NCBI GenBank assembly: GCA_034101145.1
Contig: JAXEKG010000003.1
Coordinates: forward strand, 135,419 to 199,418
Direction of reading: 5' to 3'
Source of the DNA: Eubacteriales bacterium
GTDB taxonomy: Bacteria > Bacillota > Clostridia > Oscillospirales > CAG-272
DNA: 64,000 bases
In this document: piece by piece, positions 31,746 to 41,680 of the stretch
Position numbering within the stretch: the stretch's first letter is position 1
How the letters are laid out: every line of letters starts with the position of its first letter
Notes under the pieces: model-generated
Database searches by the model: none
The model's input: only the letters and a program-made list of their open reading frames with translations
Told to the model about the DNA's origin: nothing
Program-made: the position numbers and the translations under genes

Positions 31746-32119
31746 TTATATAATTTTTCCTAAAAAGAGTGAATAAATATTATTTTTGATACTGAATATT
31801 ACAAAAATATTCATAAAAGCGCGAAAAATGGTGAAAAAGGTATTTTTATTGTGAAAAAACAAATAAAAATATCTGAAAAATTATAATTCAACGGACAGAG
31901 ATTTTGCCTGCAAAAAGAGAACCGCCGGGAAACCAAAAAACAAAAAAAATAACACAAAACAACAAGATGCAGAAAAAACAGCAATTTTTACATATTTTTC
32001 ATATACAAACAAATAAATATGTGATAAAATATATAAATAATATAAAATGAGCTTATTATAGCGTTCTTACAAAACAAACAAGAAAACCTTTGGCGGATAC
32101 AAACGGAAGAGAGGAATAT

Positions 32120-33112
32120 ATGATAAAAGCAGAAAATCTGACAAAAAGGTACGGGAGTAATACGGCGCTTGACTCCGTATCGTTTGAAATAGGGGACAGA
32201 GGGGTTATAGGGCTTCTCGGGCCGAACGGAGCCGGCAAAAGCACGACGATGAATATAATAACGGGTTATCTGTCTGCAACGTCGGGCAGTGCCGTCGTTA
32301 TGGATACCGACATCATGAAAAATCCGACTAAGGCAAAGTCCTATATAGGATATCTGCCCGAACAGCCGCCTCTTTATACGGAGATGACGGTTATGGAATA
32401 TCTTAATTTCGTTTACGACTTAAAGAAATGCAAGCTCGACCGTTCGGCTCACTTAAGCGAAATATGCGACGTTGTCGGAATATCGGACGTAAAGGGCAGG
32501 ATAATATCTCATCTGTCAAAGGGATACAGGCAGAGAGTGGGGATAGCTCAGGCACTCGTCAACGACCCGCCAATCCTTATTTTTGATGAACCCACCGTCG
32601 GTCTCGACCCCAAGCAGATAATAGAAATCCGTAATCTTATCAGGACTCTCGGAGCAAAGCACACGGTCATACTCAGCACTCACATACTCTCCGAGGTTCA
32701 GGCGGTCTGCGAGCGAATCATCATAATAAACAAGGGAAAGATAATAGCGGACAGAAAAACGGACGAGCTCTCCCGTGAAATCGACGATACGGCAAAGTAC
32801 AAAATAAAGATTTGCGCACCTAAAGAAGACGTAAAGCGCGAGCTGTCGGCATGCCCGTCGCTCTCGTCCTGCGAGCTTTTGCCGGACAGAGACATGGACA
32901 GCTCTGCCTTTATCGTTGAAAACAAGAAGGGCGTTGACGCAAGGAAGAGCATATATTATATCTGTGAAAGACAGGGGTGGCCGTTAATAGAGTTCTCGCC
33001 TGTCGGAATGGAGCTTGAGGACATATTCCTGCGTCTGGTTGACGGCAAGGGCGGGTCCGATGAAAACAAGAAGAAAAGAAGCAGAAGAGAAGAGAGGAGA
33101 TATACAAGATGA
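32120..33112 (+). CDS. ABC-2-type transporter ATP-binding protein (GldA-like)
   Basis: Walker A GPNGAGKST, signature LSKGYRQRV, Walker B ILIFDEPT. GGAAGAGAGG SD precedes ATG 32120. K/R-rich C-terminal tail. Confidence 0.9.
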   Translation: MIKAENLTKRYGSNTALDSVSFEIGDRGVIGLLGPNGAGKSTTMNIITGYLSATSGSAVVMDTDIMKNPTKAKSYIGYLPEQPPLYTEMTVMEYLNFVYDLKKCKLDRSAHLSEICDVVGISDVKGRIISHLSKGYRQRVGIAQALVNDPPILIFDEPTVGLDPKQIIEIRNLIRTLGAKHTVILSTHILSEVQAVCERIIIINKGKIIADRKTDELSREIDDTAKYKIKICAPKEDVKRELSACPSLSSCELLPDRDMDSSAFIVENKKGVDARKSIYYICERQGWPLIEFSPVGMELEDIFLRLVDGKGGSDENKKKRSRREERRYTR

Positions 33113-33813
33113 GCGCGATTTACAAGAGGGAGCTTCGCTCCTATTTCACAACCCCGATAGGATATATATTTCTCTCGGTATTTATGCTTTTTTCGGGTAT
33201 ACTTTTCTGTTATTCGACGCTTTTCTCGATGTCCGGTGACATCAGCACGTATTTTACCGTGATGCCTATACTTATTACGGTTTTGCTCCCTCTGCTCACC
33301 ATGAAACTATTCTGCGAGGAGAAAAAGCAAAAGACGGAGCAGCTTCTTATGACGGCGCCCATTTCCATTATATCCATGGTAACGGCAAAGTTCCTTGCCG
33401 CATACACCCTGTATGCAGGGGCGGTTGCAGTATCCTCTCTCTCTTTCATTATACTTTACTTCTATGCGCAGATACAGACGGCAACTCTCATCGGCAGCGT
33501 TTTCGCACTTTTGCTCGTGGGAGGAGCTTTCGTTGCGGTCGGGGTGTTTGTTTCTTCGATAACGGAGAGTCAGCTTGCCGCAGCGGTAATCACCGTGGCT
33601 ATACTTGCCGTTATGATGTTTATCAGCCTGATAAATTCCTTTATCGACGTATACTTCATACGATTCATTTTTAATTCCGTGGCAATATACACGAGATTCC
33701 GCAATTTCACTCAGGGGGTATTCGATATATCCGCCTTGTTTTACTATCTCTCGGTGTGCGCCGTATTCCTTTTCCTTACCGTATGCGTGTATGACAAGAG
33801 ACGATGGGAGTGA
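33109..33813 (+). CDS. ABC-2 family permease (GldF-like)
   Basis: 234 aa with about 6 TM segments. The start overlaps the ATPase stop (ATGA). Confidence 0.8.
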   Translation: MSAIYKRELRSYFTTPIGYIFLSVFMLFSGILFCYSTLFSMSGDISTYFTVMPILITVLLPLLTMKLFCEEKKQKTEQLLMTAPISIISMVTAKFLAAYTLYAGAVAVSSLSFIILYFYAQIQTATLIGSVFALLLVGGAFVAVGVFVSSITESQLAAAVITVAILAVMMFISLINSFIDVYFIRFIFNSVAIYTRFRNFTQGVFDISALFYYLSVCAVFLFLTVCVYDKRRWE

Positions 33814-33824
33814 CGGGGGATACA

Positions 33825-35300
33825 ATGAAAATATCGTTTCTTAAAAGCAAAGAAGGGAAGAAAAAAGCCTTAGCGGCTCTGTTCGTCGCGAGCTTTATTT
33901 TGGCGGTGGCGATGATGGTGGTTTTCATAAACTCTCTCGCCACAAAGTTCGAGTGGTATCTTTACACGAGCAGAAAGTACGAGCACAGTATAGGAGAGGC
34001 ATCCGATTACGTTTTTAATGCGCTTGACAAGGGCAAAGGAGTCGATATATATTTCTGTATGTCAAAAGAGGATATATCCGCAACCTCCGCATATTCCCTT
34101 GTATATAAAACCGCACAGCAGATGGCGGATAAATACGAATTTATTTCAAATCCGAAAATACTCAACACCTTTATGCCGTCCGATTCCGCAAAAATCGATG
34201 AATTTGCCTCAAATCCCGACGGCTCCCTCAACGACATAAGCAAGGAGTCCGTCATATTCGATTGCGACGGTAAGTTTCGCGTCGTAACGCTCTCCGATTT
34301 CTTTGATCTGGATACGTCGGGGACTATAACCGCATACCGGGGAGAAGAGGTTATGAGCGCTTTGGTTTCATACGTTGCAAGAGATGAAAATCCCAAGGTC
34401 GCTTTCACATCGAGCCACGGAGAATCCTCCACGGAGGCGCTCCTTAAGCTGTTTGTTTGTTCGGGATACGACCTTGCCGCAAACGGCAGCGGAGTTATAA
34501 ACCTTTCAACCGACGATATAGAGGAGGGGACGGAGTTTATCGTAATATCCGCACCCGTATATGACTTCGAAAAAGCGGCAGAGGGAAGCCTGGTAAAATC
34601 GGAAATCGAAAAGCTGGACGCTTTTGTTTCGGCGGGCGGAAACCTTTTGGTTATAAAGGACCCGTATACGGCAAAGCTCCCGAATCTTGAGGGACTGCTC
34701 GAAAAGTACGGCATGAAAATAAAATATGGAATAGTTTTCGACACGAAGGACTCCATAACCGCAGACGGAAGAACCCTCGGAACAGAGCTTGCAGAGTCCG
34801 ATACGGCAAAGAATATCGCCGAGAGAATAAGCGGCGTCGGAAACGACCGAGATACGGTGGTATCTACCTCCTCCGCAATAGAAATCGTCGATTCGGGCGA
34901 TTTTTGCACCGATAAGCTTCTGATTTCGCATGAGGGCGCAAAGCTCGATTATTTTGACGGAACACGAGAAAGCGGACAATTCACTCTTGCGGCGGTATCA
35001 TACGACCCCTCATACGATACGGGGCACAGCGTGACGCTTTTTACGGGAACAAAAACCTTCTCCTCATCCCTTGTAAATACAGATTCGTATGCTAACAGGG
35101 ACTGCTTATATTCTCTCATAGAAGACAGGGGAAGCGTTAAAACCCCCGTAGGCTCTTCGATTCTTCAGTATGAGAGCCGTTATCTTGAGGGACTTACCGT
35201 CACAACATCACGTATATATGCGACAGTCCTGATAGGAATAATCCCCATGACAGTCGCACTTGTCGGAGTGTTCGTCTACCTTAAAAGGCGCAGGAGGTGA
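33825..35300 (+). CDS. GldG-like ABC-transport auxiliary protein, copy 1
   Basis: N-terminal and C-terminal TM anchors around a large soluble domain. VAFTSSHGES motif and ...EFIVISAPVYDF. The ATG at 33804 is an alternative start. Confidence 0.7.
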   Translation: MKISFLKSKEGKKKALAALFVASFILAVAMMVVFINSLATKFEWYLYTSRKYEHSIGEASDYVFNALDKGKGVDIYFCMSKEDISATSAYSLVYKTAQQMADKYEFISNPKILNTFMPSDSAKIDEFASNPDGSLNDISKESVIFDCDGKFRVVTLSDFFDLDTSGTITAYRGEEVMSALVSYVARDENPKVAFTSSHGESSTEALLKLFVCSGYDLAANGSGVINLSTDDIEEGTEFIVISAPVYDFEKAAEGSLVKSEIEKLDAFVSAGGNLLVIKDPYTAKLPNLEGLLEKYGMKIKYGIVFDTKDSITADGRTLGTELAESDTAKNIAERISGVGNDRDTVVSTSSAIEIVDSGDFCTDKLLISHEGAKLDYFDGTRESGQFTLAAVSYDPSYDTGHSVTLFTGTKTFSSSLVNTDSYANRDCLYSLIEDRGSVKTPVGSSILQYESRYLEGLTVTTSRIYATVLIGIIPMTVALVGVFVYLKRRRR

Positions 35301-35312
35301 GACTTTCCGGTT

Positions 35313-37007
35313 ATGAAAAACTTATTCGGTAAAATTAAAGGCTTCATATCAAAAAATTTAACGGGCAAAAGCAGAGCCTCCAAGAGAGGCGTTATGTACA
35401 CGGGTATAGTACTTGTGGTTGCGCTTCTTGTTGTGGGCAGCGTGCTTCTGTATCGCCCCGTGTTCGGCAACGGTTTCTTTATAGATACGACAAAAGAGGA
35501 GCTTTATACACTCAGTGATGAGATGAAAAAGGAGATGGACGGGGTATCTTCGGACGTAAAAATAACGTTTTGCACAGACCCTGATATTCTGCTTCAAAAC
35601 TATGAGACAAGGTATCTTTACGTTATGGCGAAGGACCTTGAGAGAGAATATGACAACTTTTCCGTTGAGTGTATAAACATAAGGAAGAATCCTAAACTCG
35701 CAGATAAATACAAAACCACCTCGGCAACGGTGATAGACGAGGACGATATCATAATTTCGAGCGGAGCAAGATACCGCCTTCTGTCGGCGTCGAGCTTCTG
35801 GACCAAGGATGACAGCAACAATTATTGGGCGTTCAACGGAGAATACAAGGCGGCGTGCGCAATACTTTCCGTAACGGCGTCAGACAGACCGCTGGTATGC
35901 TTCACCACCTCCCACGGGGAGAAGTACTTTAACCCCCAAGACCCCGACGGTTCGGATAAGAACTACGAGGAGTTCTATAACCTGCTTATGCTTGCGGGAC
36001 TTAACGTCTCTTATATAAATCTGGATACGGACCGGATACCCTCCGAGTGTGTTATGCTCATAATCAACGGAGCCACCGTCGACTACCGTGCAAAGGCAGA
36101 TGGTATTTACGAGGTTGATTATATCTCTCCCATTGAAAAAATAGACAGATTTCTGTCAAACAACAATTCCCTGTTCATTACAAAAGAGCCGTATGTATCT
36201 CTCCCCACCCTTGAGGAATACGTGAGGGAATGGGGGATAGGCTTCGGTGAGGACCGTGTTCAGACTGCCCGTACGGAGGAGGGGCGCAGGCTGCTTGCGA
36301 CTTATGCGGATAAGGAAAAGGACGCGATAGGTTATTCGCTATACAGCGATATCGCATCCCTCGAATCCGCGCCGAAAACCGTAATGAAAAATTCCTCGCA
36401 GATAAATCTTCTGTGGGCAGACGGAACAAAAAACTCGGCGGAAAAATATATATCCCCTGGACTTACCATAATGGCCGGAAGCGTGCTGAAATCATCCGAT
36501 AAGGCGGTGCCGTATAACTCGCTGGGCGAGCAGCATATGGTGGATAAGTACGGCAAGACGGCGACAGACTCATCCGAGCTCGGCGAATATACCCTATCCG
36601 CCATATCCGTGCGCACAAGGTACGTAGGGGTAAACTATTATTACGCATACCTTTATGCTTCGGGCTCAACCGAGATGCTTTCAAACGAATATATCGGAAA
36701 TTCATCGTACGCAAACAACGATATAATCTTCTCCGCGGTGAGAACGATGACCAGAACCGACAGATATGCGAGCGACGATTTGGGCGCACTTAATCTGAAT
36801 AAGGAAAAATACGGTGGTAAAAAGCTCGTCAGCACGGAGCTCTCCGAAGAGAAGACCGAAAAGTACGAAAACGGCAAGCTCGTGCGCACATACGGAGCAG
36901 TTACCGCCTCTACAAAGGTTCTCTGGAGCATAGTCATCGCGATAGTGCCTCTCGTTATCATCCCGATAATCGGTATCGTCGTGTATATAAAACGAAGAAA
37001 TCTGTAA
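35313..37007 (+). CDS. GldG-like ABC-transport auxiliary protein, copy 2
   Basis: N-TM, then DTTKEELYTLSDEMKKEMDGVSSDVKITF (typical GldG start), then LVCFTTSHGEKYF and a C-TM ending KRRNL. Confidence 0.75.
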   Translation: MKNLFGKIKGFISKNLTGKSRASKRGVMYTGIVLVVALLVVGSVLLYRPVFGNGFFIDTTKEELYTLSDEMKKEMDGVSSDVKITFCTDPDILLQNYETRYLYVMAKDLEREYDNFSVECINIRKNPKLADKYKTTSATVIDEDDIIISSGARYRLLSASSFWTKDDSNNYWAFNGEYKAACAILSVTASDRPLVCFTTSHGEKYFNPQDPDGSDKNYEEFYNLLMLAGLNVSYINLDTDRIPSECVMLIINGATVDYRAKADGIYEVDYISPIEKIDRFLSNNNSLFITKEPYVSLPTLEEYVREWGIGFGEDRVQTARTEEGRRLLATYADKEKDAIGYSLYSDIASLESAPKTVMKNSSQINLLWADGTKNSAEKYISPGLTIMAGSVLKSSDKAVPYNSLGEQHMVDKYGKTATDSSELGEYTLSAISVRTRYVGVNYYYAYLYASGSTEMLSNEYIGNSSYANNDIIFSAVRTMTRTDRYASDDLGALNLNKEKYGGKKLVSTELSEEKTEKYENGKLVRTYGAVTASTKVLWSIVIAIVPLVIIPIIGIVVYIKRRNL

Positions 37008-37024
37008 GGAAGTGAGGAAGTCAT

Positions 37025-39082
37025 ATGATAAACAAAAAGAAGCTTACCGTGATTTTTTCATCGTTATTCGTTCTCTTCCTCGTCCTTTCCCTCATCGTGA
37101 TAAATCCCTTTGCGAAGGACGACGATACAAATACGGGAAAAGAACCTCCGGAATACGACCCCTCGGTCGGAGAGAGCACGTATATGAACAGCCCAACCAT
37201 GTACGACAGCTACGGCGAGAGCGAGCTTACCTCGATAACCGTTAAGAACAGCGAGGGGATATACCGCGTAAATAAAACGAACGGCACATGGACTATGGAG
37301 TTGTTCTGCGGCGACAACTACGGCGAGCAGAAGGAGGATGCTGAAAAGTGGATTGCGGTATCCTTACTGTCTCTGGACGGGAAGAAGCTCGCCGCGCTGC
37401 GTGTTGCTGTGGGCATTTCATATTATAAAAGCAAGACCGTCGTCGACACGTCCGACACGCAGACCCTGGAGACCTATGGTCTTTCCGACGGGAATATGTT
37501 TTACGAGTTTTGCGCAACCAAGGACGGAAATACCGTCAAAAAGAAAGTGTACGTTGGCGCATACAGCCGCACTCTTAAAAACTATTATCTGATGATAGAC
37601 GGAACCGACAGGGTGTACGTATCCGCGGGCAACCTCACCGCGCTCTTCGCCGAGCCCGAATATTTTGTTACCCCGCAGATAACCGTTCCCGCAAGCAACC
37701 GTGCAAACTATTATATGAACGATTTTTCCATATACAAAAACACCGATATAATCTTCAAAAACACGGAGGGAATCTCCGAGGAGGATAAAACGGTAAGACG
37801 TGGAGATATCGTCGAGGTAACTTATTACGTCAGCGGAGAGCAGGATTCCGAGGACGATACGCTCGTATGGCTTATTGATACCGCAGACCGTTCGTTGCCA
37901 AATTCTCTTGTGAACAATCTGATAGGGATGAAGACGGGAGAGAGCAAAACCTTCACCGTGGAATATCCCGCAGATTATAACGAAAAGATTTATACGGCAG
38001 GTAATTTCAGTTGGCTGAACCTTAAATGGTTCCGTGCTACCGGAGATTACACAATGACGGAGAAGGCGTCCTCGTATCAGAAGGATTCATATACCGCACA
38101 GGGTGTCAGATACGTTATGAAAATAAATAACATCATGCGCTCCCAAGAGGAGTTTATAAAGGTGGATTGGCTCAACGAGTCTGACCGTTCCTCCTTCTTC
38201 CGCTACACGACCTATGAAACCTACGGAAGCAAGGATAAATATACCGTAAATACCGATAACTTCTTCAACATCGCGGAGCTCTTTGAAAATATAAGCGCGG
38301 GCGAGGTGGTATCGCTAACCTTAACACCCGACGATATGAAAAAGTACGGGCTCGATGCGTATACGATATACTATAAAATGCCCGAGGGCATCGAGGCAAA
38401 GAAGGATACCGAAAACATCGATATGTGCACCTATAAATACCTCGAGAACGCACTTTTTATAAGCGAGATACAGGCTGACGGCACCAGGTACGTGGGTAGC
38501 TGGTACTACGATATAGTGGTGAAAATAAGCGACGAAGAGGGCTTCTCTTTCCTGAACTGGGACTTCTATGAGTATGTTGAAAACTATATGTTCAGCACTG
38601 CTCTCAAATATGTGAAGTCGCTCGATTTTTCCTTTAACTACAGGGATAAGGGAGCGGAGAATTACAGGCTCGAATATATCCATACCATAGATAAAGATAA
38701 CGAGGATGCGTATACAACCGACGTATATCTGAACGGACAAAAGGTGGACTCCGACATGCACGCCAAGCTTTATACCTATCTGTCCGCCATGCAGTATGAC
38801 GGAATGTGCACCCTCACCGATAGTGAGGCCGAGGCTCTGTATTCGGACGACAGCCGATGTATACTCACTCTCACCTTTACTCTTGACGATAAGTACGGAG
38901 GAGAATCAAGGACCTTCAGGTTCTGTCCGTATTCGAGCGACGAGGACCCCGAGAGGCATTCTCTCGTTTCGCGTGGCGACGGGGTATATTTCTCCACCGT
39001 GAGCGCAAATGTGGAGAAGATATACAGAGATATTAACCGTCTGAAAAACGGCGAGAGCATCGACTATAACGACAGATATTGA
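37025..39082 (+). CDS. DUF4340-like membrane-anchored protein
   Basis: N-terminal TM, then ITVKNSEGIYRVNKTNGTWTME, the DUF4340-type strand pattern. DUF4340 commonly follows gldG-like genes. 685 aa, which is longer than I would expect. Confidence 0.6.
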   Translation: MINKKKLTVIFSSLFVLFLVLSLIVINPFAKDDDTNTGKEPPEYDPSVGESTYMNSPTMYDSYGESELTSITVKNSEGIYRVNKTNGTWTMELFCGDNYGEQKEDAEKWIAVSLLSLDGKKLAALRVAVGISYYKSKTVVDTSDTQTLETYGLSDGNMFYEFCATKDGNTVKKKVYVGAYSRTLKNYYLMIDGTDRVYVSAGNLTALFAEPEYFVTPQITVPASNRANYYMNDFSIYKNTDIIFKNTEGISEEDKTVRRGDIVEVTYYVSGEQDSEDDTLVWLIDTADRSLPNSLVNNLIGMKTGESKTFTVEYPADYNEKIYTAGNFSWLNLKWFRATGDYTMTEKASSYQKDSYTAQGVRYVMKINNIMRSQEEFIKVDWLNESDRSSFFRYTTYETYGSKDKYTVNTDNFFNIAELFENISAGEVVSLTLTPDDMKKYGLDAYTIYYKMPEGIEAKKDTENIDMCTYKYLENALFISEIQADGTRYVGSWYYDIVVKISDEEGFSFLNWDFYEYVENYMFSTALKYVKSLDFSFNYRDKGAENYRLEYIHTIDKDNEDAYTTDVYLNGQKVDSDMHAKLYTYLSAMQYDGMCTLTDSEAEALYSDDSRCILTLTFTLDDKYGGESRTFRFCPYSSDEDPERHSLVSRGDGVYFSTVSANVEKIYRDINRLKNGESIDYNDRY

Positions 39083-39202
39083 AAAAATGTCTTGTCGGAC
39101 TACCGGGATAACAGGATAAATTTTTCTTACCTTCTTTTTAGATAAAATTAAACGTTTGTGGGAATAGTTACAAATTATTATATATTTATTATCGCTTTTT
39201 TA

Positions 39203-39231
39203 TTGATTTTTGTAACGATATGTTGTATAAT
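39203..39231 (+). promoter_or_regulatory. Putative sigma-A promoter
   Basis: TTGATT, 17 nt, TATAAT; about 80 nt upstream of ATG 39312. Confidence 0.55.
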
Positions 39232-39311
39232 TGGTATTGTTCAATGCGCAAAACGCAAAAAAATTTATATTACAGCCCGATATTGTACGTGCTCGGGACG
39301 AGAGGATTTTT

Positions 39312-41084
39312 ATGAAAACCAGGATTTTAAGCATATTGCTTATAGTGATGACGATTTTCTCCGTCGTTGCAATGACAGGATGTTCTTATAATTACAGAGG
39401 GAAGGATTACTCAGAGGAATTGTCCTCGTATTTCGGCGTCGACAAGCTCGGAGATCTCCCCGTTGAAATAAAGATAAGCGAGAGCGATGAGAAGTTTCTT
39501 GAGGCTTACAAGGAAGCAACCGAAGGCGCAAATGATGATACAAAGCTCAACGCCTACATCGACGAAAAGATATCGGACAGCATGAGAACTCTCAGCTATA
39601 CCGACAGCGACTCGAAGAAGATATACTTCCTCGGAACGGAAAAGGAGGGAGACGCAACAAAGCTTGACGATGTTGTCGCATATTATTACGTTATTGCCGA
39701 GAGCATCGGAGATTTCAGCACGGTTGAGTACTTCAATCTTGCCAAAGACGTTTCGGCATATCATCTCGGAGCAGATACGCTGCTCGGCGGCAACTTCGAC
39801 GACAAGCTCCTGGAGAATATGCCTCGAAAGGGCGGAGTAAGGGACGTCAAGACGAGCGGAAAGCTTTCGGAATTCGGCGCAGAGTACAGCGTGCTTTACA
39901 TCAACGTCTCCGCAACGTATATGGAGGGTGAGACCGAGACGAAATACGGTGCATACGACAGCAATACCGTGTTGCGCTTTGACCTTAACGTAATAAAGGA
40001 CCTGGGGGCAAGCGACTGGGAGCTGAAAGAAACCGACGCTCTTCCCGAGGTATATAAGAACGTAACGAAAGAACAGCTCGCAAAGGTATATACCCCCGAG
40101 CTTATAGAGACAATCTGCTCTATATACAAAACAAACAGCGCCAACCTCACCGTGGGAAACGAGTATACGAACATGAAAGCATGCGATGTCAACGGTGAGA
40201 GCCGCGACGTCACGATGAAGGTCAAGCTCGCCTCCGTTGCCAGGGAGGAATTCGGCTCGATATTTGAGGTCGACTTCGGAAGCTCGAACAGCAAAGCGGC
40301 CAAGCTCGCCGGGCAGAGCGCGTTTGTCGGAGTCATAATAACTTCCGTTAAGGAATTCAATCTTAACGCAGATCTTGATTCCTTCATGACCGACGCCGGC
40401 ATCGTTACCACCGACAGCGAAGGAAACAAGAGCCCGAACTTCAAGGGGCTTCTCACAAAGTTAAGCTCGGGCTTTTCGTCAGAGGAAACCGATAAGGCAA
40501 AGCTGATAGAGGCATACAGAAAGTATCTCATCGAATATACCAAGAAAACGGTAGAGGATACCAAACTGAATTCCGCAAAGGATGCCATGTGGGCAAAGAT
40601 AGTTTCTCTGGCCGCAGAACTCCCCGAGGATAAGTACCCGAAATCTGCCATCAACGAGGAATACAAAGAAAACCTCCAAAATCTTAAACATAAGTACAAT
40701 TCATTCTATACAAGCAGCTATGACAGCTTTGAGAAGTATCTGATTAAGGAATACAGCGCGGCGGATTACGAGGATGCTTTGGCAGCGCTTCGCGACGAAT
40801 GTCGTAATAAGGTCCTCGAGAAGATGCTCATAATGTACTGTGCCGACATACTCGGAATAGAGGTAACGCGCCAGGAATATAAAGAGCAGGTTGACTATAT
40901 AGAGGAAAACTACTACAAGACATGGTATTTCTATAAGATGTACGGATATACCAATACCAAGAACGTCATTGAATATATGGGCGGCAAGGACAATATCTAC
41001 CTCGCAATGTATTATAACAAAGTTTCCGATGCGGTCTACGCAAAGAATGCGGATAAGATAACTGTAACCGTAGAGGAAAGCTGA
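39312..41084 (+). CDS. Lipoprotein with degenerate FKBP-like segment and trigger-factor C-terminal-like domain
   Basis: Lipobox VAMTG|C. The C-terminal part NKVLEKMLIMYCADILGIEVTRQEYKEQV resembles the trigger-factor C-domain. GAGAGGA SD; the track ORF start at 39231 was rejected. Confidence 0.65.
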   Translation: MKTRILSILLIVMTIFSVVAMTGCSYNYRGKDYSEELSSYFGVDKLGDLPVEIKISESDEKFLEAYKEATEGANDDTKLNAYIDEKISDSMRTLSYTDSDSKKIYFLGTEKEGDATKLDDVVAYYYVIAESIGDFSTVEYFNLAKDVSAYHLGADTLLGGNFDDKLLENMPRKGGVRDVKTSGKLSEFGAEYSVLYINVSATYMEGETETKYGAYDSNTVLRFDLNVIKDLGASDWELKETDALPEVYKNVTKEQLAKVYTPELIETICSIYKTNSANLTVGNEYTNMKACDVNGESRDVTMKVKLASVAREEFGSIFEVDFGSSNSKAAKLAGQSAFVGVIITSVKEFNLNADLDSFMTDAGIVTTDSEGNKSPNFKGLLTKLSSGFSSEETDKAKLIEAYRKYLIEYTKKTVEDTKLNSAKDAMWAKIVSLAAELPEDKYPKSAINEEYKENLQNLKHKYNSFYTSSYDSFEKYLIKEYSAADYEDALAALRDECRNKVLEKMLIMYCADILGIEVTRQEYKEQVDYIEENYYKTWYFYKMYGYTNTKNVIEYMGGKDNIYLAMYYNKVSDAVYAKNADKITVTVEES

Positions 41085-41115
41085 TAACAAAAGACTGCCG
41101 TATCGGAGCAGAAGA

Positions 41116-41180
41116 AACGGGAAAATCAACCGACCGCCGAAAATCGCGGCGTTCTGCCGAGGTCGGCAGTCCCGTTTTAT
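41116..41180 (+). terminator. Long compound hairpin terminator
   Basis: ACGGGA...CCGACC-GCCG-aaaatc-GCGGC...GGTCGG...TCCCGT followed by TTTTAT. Confidence 0.6.
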
Positions 41181-41232
41181 ATGCACGCAAGGCAGGTGTT
41201 GCATTCAAAAGCAATAAAAACGGCGGAGCAAA

Positions 41233-41679
41233 ATGAAGAAAGTTTATATTTATACCGACGGAGCATGTCGCTCAAACCCGGGCCCCGGCGGATGGGGAGC
41301 AATCCTCCGATATAACGGCAGGGAGAAAGAGCTGTCCGGAGGAGAGGCTATGACGACAAACAACCGCATGGAGCTTCTCGGAGCAATAAATGCCCTTGAA
41401 GCTCTCAGGGAGCCCTGCGAGGTGGAGCTCTGCTCCGACTCTAAATACCTCGTAGACGCAATCAATCTCGGTTGGGCAAAATCCTGGAGGGCGTGCGCAT
41501 GGAAAGGCGGCAAGATCAAGAACCCGGACCTCTGGGAACGCCTTCTTTCTCTAATCGACGTCCACAGGGTGACTTTCGTATGGATAAAGGGTCATAACGG
41601 ACACGAATTCAACGAGCGGTGCGATACACTCGCCACTGCCGCAGCAGATAAATACAAAAACGATATACAGGAGAATTAA
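41233..41679 (+). CDS. rnhA: Ribonuclease HI
   Basis: [28 protein letters not shown] and [16 protein letters not shown] (the DEDD catalytic pattern). Confidence 0.92.
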   Translation: MKKVYIYTDGACRSNPGPGGWGAILRYNGREKELSGGEAMTTNNRMELLGAINALEALREPCEVELCSDSKYLVDAINLGWAKSWRACAWKGGKIKNPDLWERLLSLIDVHRVTFVWIKGHNGHEFNERCDTLATAAADKYKNDIQEN

Positions 41680-41680
41680 A

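Noticed and set aside
31880-31900. Shared GATTTTGCCTG motif between 31890 and 48970
   Set aside because: Only about 11-20 nt of imperfect similarity. That is too short to call a repeat family without a genome-wide count.
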